Assembly (NCBI GenBank): GCA_964408935.1
Contig: CAYPBF010000001.1
Span: 100,283-164,282 of the forward strand
DNA from: an uncultured Dehalococcoidales bacterium
GTDB lineage: Bacteria > Chloroflexota > Dehalococcoidia > Dehalococcoidales > BS750m-G39
Direction: 5' to 3'
DNA: 64,000 bases
Positions 57,285-64,000 of the stretch are shown one piece after another. The notes beneath the pieces are model-generated. The model ran no database searches and was not told where the DNA came from. It was given only the letters and a program-made list of their open reading frames with translations. Position numbers and translations under genes: made by a program. Position 1 is the first letter of the stretch, and each line of letters starts with the position of its first letter.

Positions 57285-59342
57285 ATGAACGAACACGAGC
57301 ACCATGAGCACGATATGACACAGCACGAAATGCCCGAACACGATATGCACGACATGCACGCGGGTCATAAGCCCGCCGAACACGACCACGCCGGGCATCA
57401 CGCCCACATGGTCGCCGACTTCAGGCGGCGCTTCTGGATATCGCTAATACTGACCGTACCTATACTACTGCTCTCCCCATTGGTCCAGGAGCTGCTCGGC
57501 ATCGAGGATGTAATCGCCTTTAGCGGTGATTCCTACGTCCTTTGGGGACTGGCTACAATTGTCTTCTTCTACGGCGGGTGGCCCTTCCTAAAGGGGCTAT
57601 GGGACGAGCTCAAGGTCAAAAACCCGGGCATGATGACCCTCATCGGGTTGGCGATTACGGTGGCCTACGTATACAGCAGCGCCGTCGTCTTCGGCGTGGC
57701 GGGTAAGGCCTTCTTCTGGGAACTGGCCACGCTGATTGATGTTATGCTTTTGGGGCACTGGCTGGAGATGAAATCGGTCATGGGCGCCTCGTCGGCATTG
57801 GAGGAGCTAGCCAAGCTGTTGCCCGCTGAAGCGCACCACCTCATGCCCGACGGCAGCATGCACGATATGCCCATTGAGATGTTGAAGGTGGGACACAGGG
57901 TGTTGGTCAAACCCGGTGAAAAGATACCCGCCGACGGCAGGGTAATCGAGGGCGAGTCCTCGGTAAACGAAGCCCTGCTCACCGGTGAGTCCACGCCCGT
58001 GGCCAAGCGGGTCGATTCCATAGTTATCGGCGGCTCGGTAAATGGCGAAGGCTCGATTACGGTTGAGGTACTCAAGACGGGCGAGGAGTCCTACATCGCC
58101 CAGATGTCGAGTCTGGTTTTGCAGGCGCAGCAGAGCCAGTCACGCAGCCAGACGGTGGCCGACCGCGCCGCCCGCTGGCTGACCTTTATCGCTATCAGCG
58201 CTGGCGCCCTTACCATTATTCTCTGGCTGACGCTTTCCAGCCAGGGGCTGGCCTTCTCCATGGAGAGAATGGTCACCGTGATGGTGATTACCTGCCCTCA
58301 TGCTCTGGGACTAGCCGTCCCTTTGGTAGTGGCCGTCTCCACGGCCATCTCGGCACGTAGCGGGCTGTTGATTCGCAACCGCAACAACTTCGAGCGCGCC
58401 CGTAAGATTGAGGCCATACTCTTCGACAAGACGGGCACGCTGACCAAGGGCGAGTTCGGCGTCACCGATGTCATCAGCTTTGACAAAGGTATAACTAAGG
58501 ACGAGCTTTTGAAATACGCCGCCTCGGTGGAAACACGCTCTTCGCACCCCATCGCCCGGGGAATAGTCGCTTCGGCCAAGAATACTTTCGCTGTTAAGGA
58601 CTTCAAAGCGATAGCGGGTAAAGGCACCGAGGGCAAAGTCAACGGTAAAGCGGTGAAGGTGGTCAGCCCCGGTTATCTAAAGGGAAATAAGATTCAGGTC
58701 GACAGCGAGCGCACCCGAAAGCTCACCGAGCAGGGCAAGACAGTGGTCTTCGTTATCATCGACGGTAAGCCCAAAGGCGCCATCGCCCTGGCCGATATCA
58801 TCCGACCCGAATCCAAGGAAGCCATCAAGCGGCTCAAGGAAACGGGCATCAGGTGCATGATGATAACGGGTGACAATAAAGAGGTAGCCAAATGGGTGGC
58901 TAACGAGACAGGACTCGACGAGTATTTCGCTGAGGTGCTGCCCGAACAGAAGGTGGCCAAGGTAAAAGAGGTACAAGCGCGGGGCATGATTGTGGCCATG
59001 ACGGGGGACGGGGTCAACGACGCGCCAGCGCTGGCCCAGGCCGACGTGGGCATCGCCATCGGCGCCGGCACTGAGGTCACGGTGGCCACCGCCGACATCA
59101 TACTAGTCAGGAGCAACCCACTGGATATCGTTTCCATCGTGGGGCTTTCGCGCGCCACCTACAAGAAGATGCTGCAGAACCTGGGCTGGGCCACAGGCTA
59201 TAACGTGCTGGCCATCCCCTTGGCAGCGGGGGCCCTCTATGGCTTTGGCGTCGTGCTCTCTCCAGCGGTGGGGGCGGCGCTGATGTCGCTGAGCACCATA
59301 ATCGTGGCCATCAACGCTCGATTTATTAAGGTAGAAAAGTGA
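57285..59342 (+). CDS. copB: heavy-metal P1B-type ATPase, CopB-like (His-rich N-terminus, CPH motif)
   Basis: 685 aa with the N-terminal [28 protein letters not shown]... stretch, a TM CPH motif ([12 protein letters not shown]), DKTGTLT, and [12 protein letters not shown]. Confidence 0.85.
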   Translation: MNEHEHHEHDMTQHEMPEHDMHDMHAGHKPAEHDHAGHHAHMVADFRRRFWISLILTVPILLLSPLVQELLGIEDVIAFSGDSYVLWGLATIVFFYGGWPFLKGLWDELKVKNPGMMTLIGLAITVAYVYSSAVVFGVAGKAFFWELATLIDVMLLGHWLEMKSVMGASSALEELAKLLPAEAHHLMPDGSMHDMPIEMLKVGHRVLVKPGEKIPADGRVIEGESSVNEALLTGESTPVAKRVDSIVIGGSVNGEGSITVEVLKTGEESYIAQMSSLVLQAQQSQSRSQTVADRAARWLTFIAISAGALTIILWLTLSSQGLAFSMERMVTVMVITCPHALGLAVPLVVAVSTAISARSGLLIRNRNNFERARKIEAILFDKTGTLTKGEFGVTDVISFDKGITKDELLKYAASVETRSSHPIARGIVASAKNTFAVKDFKAIAGKGTEGKVNGKAVKVVSPGYLKGNKIQVDSERTRKLTEQGKTVVFVIIDGKPKGAIALADIIRPESKEAIKRLKETGIRCMMITGDNKEVAKWVANETGLDEYFAEVLPEQKVAKVKEVQARGMIVAMTGDGVNDAPALAQADVGIAIGAGTEVTVATADIILVRSNPLDIVSIVGLSRATYKKMLQNLGWATGYNVLAIPLAAGALYGFGVVLSPAVGAALMSLSTIIVAINARFIKVEK

Positions 59343-59352
59343 CTAATACGGG

Positions 59353-59381
59353 TTGACGGCCACTGGGAAACCGTCTAAAAT
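59353..59381 (+). promoter_or_regulatory. sigma70-like promoter (TTGACG-17 nt-TAAAAT)
   Basis: It lies 28 nt upstream of the 59409 ATG, which has AAGGAG as its RBS. Confidence 0.4.
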
Positions 59382-59408
59382 GCAACCCTATAAGGAGCCC
59401 GAAACGTA

Positions 59409-60521
59409 ATGAAAGCAGTCATTCTGGTGGGTGGAGAGGGAATCCGATTGCGTCCACTGACCTGCAACACCACCAAGGCGATGGTGCCCATACTGAACAT
59501 GCCCTTCCTGGAATACGTGCTCCGTTACCTAAAAAGGCACGACATAAAGGACGTCATCCTGGCTATGAGCTACCTGCCCGACCTCATCCAGGGTCAGCTG
59601 GGCGACGGCTCAGAGCTGGGCGTCCGCTTGAGCTACGCTATAGAAAGGGAGCCACTGGGGACAGGCGGAGCCATCAAAAACGTCGAGGCCAAGCTCACCG
59701 AACCCTTTTTCGTCCTCAACGGCGACGTCCTTACCAGCATCGACCTAGCCGATATGATGAAAAAGCACCGCAAGGCTAAGCCCAAGGTAAGCATCGCCCT
59801 GACCCCGGTGGACGACCCAACGATGTACGGCGTGGTGGAAACCGACCACACAGATATGGTAAAGCGCTTCGCGGAGAAACCCAAGCTGGAAGAGGTCACC
59901 ACCAACATGATTAACGCAGGCATTTATATCATCGACCCCGCTGTTTTAGCCAATATCCCCGCCAATACCCCCTCCATGGTCGAGCGTCAACTTTTTCCGC
60001 TGCTGCTGGAGAAGGGTGAGTCGATATTGAGCTACCCCTCCGACAGTTACTGGATTGACATCGGTACGCCCGAAAAATATCTAAAGGCGCACCACGACCT
60101 GCTTTCGGGTGAGGCGCCGTCTCTGGCGGCCTATTGGAACAACTTCGACCGGGAAATCCAGACGGCAGGCAGCACCATCGACCCATCCGCTGAGATTGAG
60201 GGGCCCGTGCTCATCGGCGAAGGCAGCACTGTGGCCAAGTGGGCGATGTTGAAGGGACCGGCCGTCATGGGGCCACGCTGTGAGATTGCCGAAGGCGCCT
60301 GCGTGGAAGGGTCGGTGCTCTGGGAGGGAGTCAAGGTGGGCAAGAAGGCATTGCTACGAAACTGTATCGTGGCCGCCAACTGCCACATCGGAGAAGAGAG
60401 TCAGATTCTGGATAACTGCGTGTTGGGGGATAACGTGGTGTTGGGGAAGAATAATAAACTGGCGCCGGAGATTAAAATCTGGCCCGATAAGCGTATAACC
60501 TCGGGCACGATGTCATTCTAG
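59409..60521 (+). CDS. NDP-sugar pyrophosphorylase (mannose-1-P guanylyltransferase / glucose-1-P nucleotidyltransferase family) with C-terminal LbH domain
   Basis: 370 aa with MKAVILVGGEGIRLRPLT, GGAIKN and a hexapeptide-repeat C-terminus. Confidence 0.8.
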   Translation: MKAVILVGGEGIRLRPLTCNTTKAMVPILNMPFLEYVLRYLKRHDIKDVILAMSYLPDLIQGQLGDGSELGVRLSYAIEREPLGTGGAIKNVEAKLTEPFFVLNGDVLTSIDLADMMKKHRKAKPKVSIALTPVDDPTMYGVVETDHTDMVKRFAEKPKLEEVTTNMINAGIYIIDPAVLANIPANTPSMVERQLFPLLLEKGESILSYPSDSYWIDIGTPEKYLKAHHDLLSGEAPSLAAYWNNFDREIQTAGSTIDPSAEIEGPVLIGEGSTVAKWAMLKGPAVMGPRCEIAEGACVEGSVLWEGVKVGKKALLRNCIVAANCHIGEESQILDNCVLGDNVVLGKNNKLAPEIKIWPDKRITSGTMSF

Positions 60522-60537
60522 CGTTTAAGTCCCAAAA

Positions 60538-60915
60538 CTAATTCTCGCTCAGGAACTTGTTTATCATGCGCATCAACGTCTGAGCATCGAATGGCTTAGT
60601 TACATAGCCTTGGGCGCCCATAACATCCTGGCTGAGCTTGCGGTTAAGCTCGTAGTCCACCGCGGTAAGCATGACAATCGGTATCTCCTTGGTTGCCTGG
60701 TTCCTCTTTATGGCGTAGCAGGCGGTAAGACCGTCCATCTTGGGCATCAGGATGTCCATCAGGATAAGGTCCGGCTTTTCATTAACGGCCACTTTCACCG
60801 CGTCCTCACCGTTATTGGCCTCAACAACCTTGTAGCTTTTACCCAGCAGCCTGGTTACCAGCGACCTTACCGTCTCTTCGTCATCAGCGATAAGTATTGT
60901 CTTGGGCCCGCTCAT
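60538..60915 (-). CDS. single-domain response regulator (CheY-like)
   Basis: 125 aa with ILIADDE...DLILMDILMPKMDG...LTA. Confidence 0.85.
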   Translation of the reverse strand: MSGPKTILIADDEETVRSLVTRLLGKSYKVVEANNGEDAVKVAVNEKPDLILMDILMPKMDGLTACYAIKRNQATKEIPIVMLTAVDYELNRKLSQDVMGAQGYVTKPFDAQTLMRMINKFLSEN

Positions 60916-60949
60916 TTTTTTCTTCCTCGTTTTTTTATCGGCAGACTTT

Positions 60950-61966
60950 TTAGGCTTCTGCCAGCACTATTCCGGTGACCGGTATCCTAAGGAAGGCGGC
61001 CGTTACCTCTGGGTCGAACTGAGTACCGGTGCACCGTTTGATTTCCACCAGGGCTTGGTCCATAGTCATCGCCTTGCGATAGGGACGGTCGGAGGTCATA
61101 GCGTCGAAGGAATCGGCTACGGCCAGGATTCTAGCCCCCAGGGGTATCTTCTCCTTGGCTACGGTTTGATTCATACCGCTACCATCGTAACGGTCGTGGT
61201 GATGTTCTATCATCTCCACCACCTTATCGTTAACCACCGGCTTGACGATGCCGGCGCCAACGTTGGCATGAGTCATAATATGCTCATACTCCTCTTCTGT
61301 CAACTTATCCGGTTTATTCTGAATAATCTGGTCAATGGTAATCTTGCCCACATCGTGTAACAAGCCTCCCCAGCGCAGGTCTTCGACGCAATCGTCGGAT
61401 AGCTTCATCTCCTTGCCTATGGCCACGGCGATCTCGGTTACGCGACGGGAGTGCCCCGCCGTATATTTGTCTTTAGCTTCGAGGGCGAAGGCCAGGGCTT
61501 CGATAGCGCCCAGAAAGACCTTTCGGATTTCCTTGGTCTGTTCCTCGACCTTCTCCTCCAGGTATTGCTGGTACTCTTTAATCTCACGTTCCAGCCGCTT
61601 CTTATCCAGCACCCCCTCCACACTTATCACCACCTCGGCCAGGTTAAAGGGCTTACAGACGTAGTCGTAAGCCCCTTCTTTCATACATTGGATGGAGATA
61701 TTGATATCGTTCAGGGCGGTGGCCATCATGACGGCGGTATCGGGGTAAGCGGCTTTTATTTCGGGCAGCAGTTCCATTCCCGATTTACCCGGCATCTTTA
61801 TGTCAAGAATTACCACGTCGGCGGGGTCGGCCTTTAGCTTCTCCAGCGCTTGTTCAGCACCGCCAGCTTCGTCGCACTGGTATCCTTCGCGGGACAGCCG
61901 TTGACAGAGAAGCTTCCTGACCATCGCTTCGTCGTCCACAACCAGTATTTTTGCGTTACTAGCCAT
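60950..61966 (-). CDS. response regulator with HD-GYP-type phosphohydrolase domain
   Basis: 338 aa with a receiver domain (ILVVDDE...ILDIKMPGKSG) and an HD domain (GHSRRV, LLHDVGK, HHHDRYDGSGMNQ, ADSFDAMTSDRPYR). The GYP position reads GMN. Confidence 0.85.
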   Translation of the reverse strand: MASNAKILVVDDEAMVRKLLCQRLSREGYQCDEAGGAEQALEKLKADPADVVILDIKMPGKSGMELLPEIKAAYPDTAVMMATALNDINISIQCMKEGAYDYVCKPFNLAEVVISVEGVLDKKRLEREIKEYQQYLEEKVEEQTKEIRKVFLGAIEALAFALEAKDKYTAGHSRRVTEIAVAIGKEMKLSDDCVEDLRWGGLLHDVGKITIDQIIQNKPDKLTEEEYEHIMTHANVGAGIVKPVVNDKVVEMIEHHHDRYDGSGMNQTVAKEKIPLGARILAVADSFDAMTSDRPYRKAMTMDQALVEIKRCTGTQFDPEVTAAFLRIPVTGIVLAEA

Positions 61967-61968
61967 TT

Positions 61969-62343
61969 TTAACTCTCTAAAGCTTCTTTCACTATAGACC
62001 TTAGCTCATCGGGTGTAAAGGGTTTGGGTAGATAGGGCCTCTCGGCTCCTTTAAGCATAGAAGCTAGTTTTTCGTCCAGAACGTCACCGGTAGTAAAGAT
62101 AATCTTTCCCTTGAAATCGGGGTATTTTTCCTGTATGTACTGATAAAGTTCTTTGCCGTTCATTATGGGCGTTCTCAAGTCGATAAGGCAAAGGTCATAA
62201 TCCACTTCACCGATCATTTTGCCAGCGATGGCGCCATTGACGGCAATATCGACATCAAAACCTTCGGCAGTGAGGGTTCGCAGGCACACCTGACAGATAG
62301 ACGGCTCGTCTTCAACCACGAGGATTCGTTTCGGTTGGTTCAT
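61969..62343 (-). CDS. single-domain response regulator
   Basis: 124 aa from an ATG behind GGAGGAAG ([16 protein letters not shown]...). It overlaps the 3' end of the kinase gene by 32 nt. Confidence 0.8.
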   Translation of the reverse strand: MNQPKRILVVEDEPSICQVCLRTLTAEGFDVDIAVNGAIAGKMIGEVDYDLCLIDLRTPIMNGKELYQYIQEKYPDFKGKIIFTTGDVLDEKLASMLKGAERPYLPKPFTPDELRSIVKEALES

Positions 62344-64000
62344 TGACTTCCTCCGATTGCTCCTGAGCATTAATCGGCAACTCGACGATGAAGGTGGCGC
62401 CTTGGCTAGGTTTGCTCCGGGCATATATCTTGCCGCCGTGCTCCGCGATTATTCCGTGACAGACACTGAGCCCCAGGCCTGTCCCCTTACCTACTTCCTT
62501 GGTGGTGAAGAACGGGTCGAATATACGATTCAGGTTTTCCTTATCTATTCCAGGGCCGTCATCGGCAAACGACGCCCTGACGCTGTGGTTGAACCTCTGA
62601 GTGGTAATCGTCAACGTACCGCCGTTGCTGGCTTCGAGCATGGCCGCTTCGGCGTTAAGAATAATGTTGATAAAGACCTGCTGTAGTTGAGAATAGTCAG
62701 CCATAACCTCAGGCAAGTCGGAAGCAAGCTTGGTATTAATCTTAATATTGCTCACGTTCTGCTCATAGGCGCGTAAGGACAGCACTCCCTCTATAATACT
62801 ATTGATACTGGTCGGCTGCTGAGAGGGAGCGTGCTTACGGGCAAAGGTGAGAAGGTTGCGCGCCACGCCCGCCGCGCGCTGGGCTTCCTTATGTATGATG
62901 GTCAGGTCTTCTTTAATCTCTTCGGGGAGGTCGTTATCCATGAGCAGCTGGGCAAAACCGATGACGGCGGTGAGGGGGTTGTTTATCTCATGGGCAATAC
63001 CCGAGGCCATCTCCCCTACCGAAGCCAAGCGGCTGGCCAGGTGGGCCTTCTGCTCCAACTCTACTTTCTCCTCTTCAGCACGCTTACGGTCGGTAATGTC
63101 AAGCCAGCTGATAAGGAAGTAGCGCAGCTTTTTGCGGTAAATTACTGGCGCTGAGTTCAACGCCACCCAGAACGGCTCTCCGTTCTTCTTGTGGAAAATA
63201 TGCTCACCTTTCTTGCCGCCGCTTAAGATGGCCTTTTTTAGGGATTGGGTCATTACCCTTCTCCCTTCTTTCGGCCACCAGGGGTAGGGGGCTTTGATGC
63301 CGACAACTTCGGCCGTTTTATATCCGGTCAGTTTCTCAAAGGCCGGATTAACATAACGTATTGAGGTGTCCGGATTGAGCACAGATTTCGGGTTGGGCGA
63401 ATTTTCCATCAGGCTTGAGCTGAACTCCTGGCTTTCCTTGAGTTCCTCAGCCACCCGCTTGCGCTCGGTGATGTCTTTATTGATACCGACATAGCCCTTG
63501 AAATTACCTTCGTTATCGAAGAAGGGGCTACCGCTAACTTCAAAGATAAGGGGAGTGCCGTTCTTATGGTGATGGAGGACCTCAAAACCAGCGAAGGTCT
63601 TCCTTTTAGCATTGGCTTCCTTGAAGCGCTTGAGCCACTTCTTGAGTTCCTTCTTAGGGGTAAAATCGAGCGTCCTCTTCTTGCCCACCACCTCTTCCAC
63701 CTCGTAGCCCAACAGCTCTTTAATGTTGGGGCTAATGAAGGTGTACATACCCTGGGTATCCGCCTCCCAGATAATATCACTGGCAGCTTCCACCAGGTTT
63801 TTATACTTCTTCTCCGCTTCGGCTAATGCCTCCTCCGCCTGCTTGCGCTCGGTGATGTCACGGCAAACGCAGAAGATGAGCTTCTGGCCTGCGTAGACGG
63901 CGCCGTTGGTGCTGATTTCAACGTCAAAGACCGAGCCGTCCTTACGGCGGTGTTTCGTCTCAAAGCGGTCGCCCTCGGGGCCGACATTGGCAATCATCTC
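62312..64000 (-). CDS. multi-PAS sensor histidine kinase (5' end outside the window)
   Basis: More than 561 aa and open to base 64000. It has at least three PAS units each followed by an ITERK/ITDRK linker, the H-box HEINNPLT, and HATPase motifs (DDGPGI, GLGLSV). Confidence 0.85.
   Translation of the reverse strand, partial: EMIANVGPEGDRFETKHRRKDGSVFDVEISTNGAVYAGQKLIFCVCRDITERKQAEEALAEAEKKYKNLVEAASDIIWEADTQGMYTFISPNIKELLGYEVEEVVGKKRTLDFTPKKELKKWLKRFKEANAKRKTFAGFEVLHHHKNGTPLIFEVSGSPFFDNEGNFKGYVGINKDITERKRVAEELKESQEFSSSLMENSPNPKSVLNPDTSIRYVNPAFEKLTGYKTAEVVGIKAPYPWWPKEGRRVMTQSLKKAILSGGKKGEHIFHKKNGEPFWVALNSAPVIYRKKLRYFLISWLDITDRKRAEEEKVELEQKAHLASRLASVGEMASGIAHEINNPLTAVIGFAQLLMDNDLPEEIKEDLTIIHKEAQRAAGVARNLLTFARKHAPSQQPTSINSIIEGVLSLRAYEQNVSNIKINTKLASDLPEVMADYSQLQQVFINIILNAEAAMLEASNGGTLTITTQRFNHSVRASFADDGPGIDKENLNRIFDPFFTTKEVGKGTGLGLSVCHGIIAEHGGKIYARSKPSQGATFIVELPINAQEQSEEVNEPTETNPRG

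Noticed and set aside
1-64000. CRISPR arrays, rRNA genes, other tRNAs, large tandem repeats
   Set aside because: Visual scanning found no regularly spaced direct repeats, no rRNA-like conserved blocks and no further cloverleaf candidates. A computational scan (tRNAscan-SE, Infernal, CRISPR finders) is still advisable.

Overview
This is a densely coding 64-kb window. Gene content weakly suggests a Chloroflexota/Dehalococcoidia-type anaerobe, but that is only a guess.

Layout:
1. mutL (5' part, truncated at the window edge) and pcrA.
2. An ars cluster: arsR, a DUF318/ArsP-type permease, three thiol-disulfide proteins and acr3.
3. An AT-rich patch of small accessory ORFs: a HicB-like protein, an HNH-like protein and membrane ORFans.
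4. A pyrimidine operon behind a classical PyrR attenuator, ordered pyrR-pyrB-pyrC-carA-ppcA-[AT-rich 2-gene insert]-carB-pyrK. An archaeal-type PEP carboxylase is translationally coupled inside it, and no pyrD follows pyrK.
5. yjbQ, then two tandem desulforedoxin-like micro-ORFs that are absent from the ORF track.
6. A minus-strand unit of PPIase-hom-X-thrC-folE.
7. tRNA-Pro(GGG), followed by a ~19.5-kb lower-GC island. A perfect 48-bp direct repeat of the tRNA 3' half bounds it (26914-26961 and 46404-46451). The island carries two divergent operons and no integrase. One operon has a corrinoid protein, a URO-D-type methyltransferase, a Liv-type ABC importer and a deacetylase. The other starts with a second URO-D-type methyltransferase and a regulator, then has BKACE, CoA-transferase A/B, HADH, a class-III aminotransferase, two VOC proteins, a saccharopine-DH-like protein and an M20 hydrolase.
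8. DUF169 and a beta-CASP MBL nuclease.
9. A GAF-PAS histidine kinase and OmpR/PhoB-type regulator pair, flanked on both sides by mirrored copies of a ~65-bp promoter module with a Pho-box-like direct repeat. The copies face outward. The left arm is Cys-rich peptide-USP-hyp-SOD. The right arm is Zn-ribbon-DJ-1/PfpI-heliorhodopsin-membrane protein-DPS-like ferritin, followed by ZIP, a cyt-b5-like protein and CopB. I consider this the most interesting candidate system.
10. An NDP-sugar pyrophosphorylase.
11. A PAS kinase (truncated at the window edge) with three response regulators, one of them HD-GYP.

I saw no rRNA, CRISPR array, transposase or integrase. All similarity calls come from motif recognition by eye, and no database search was run.
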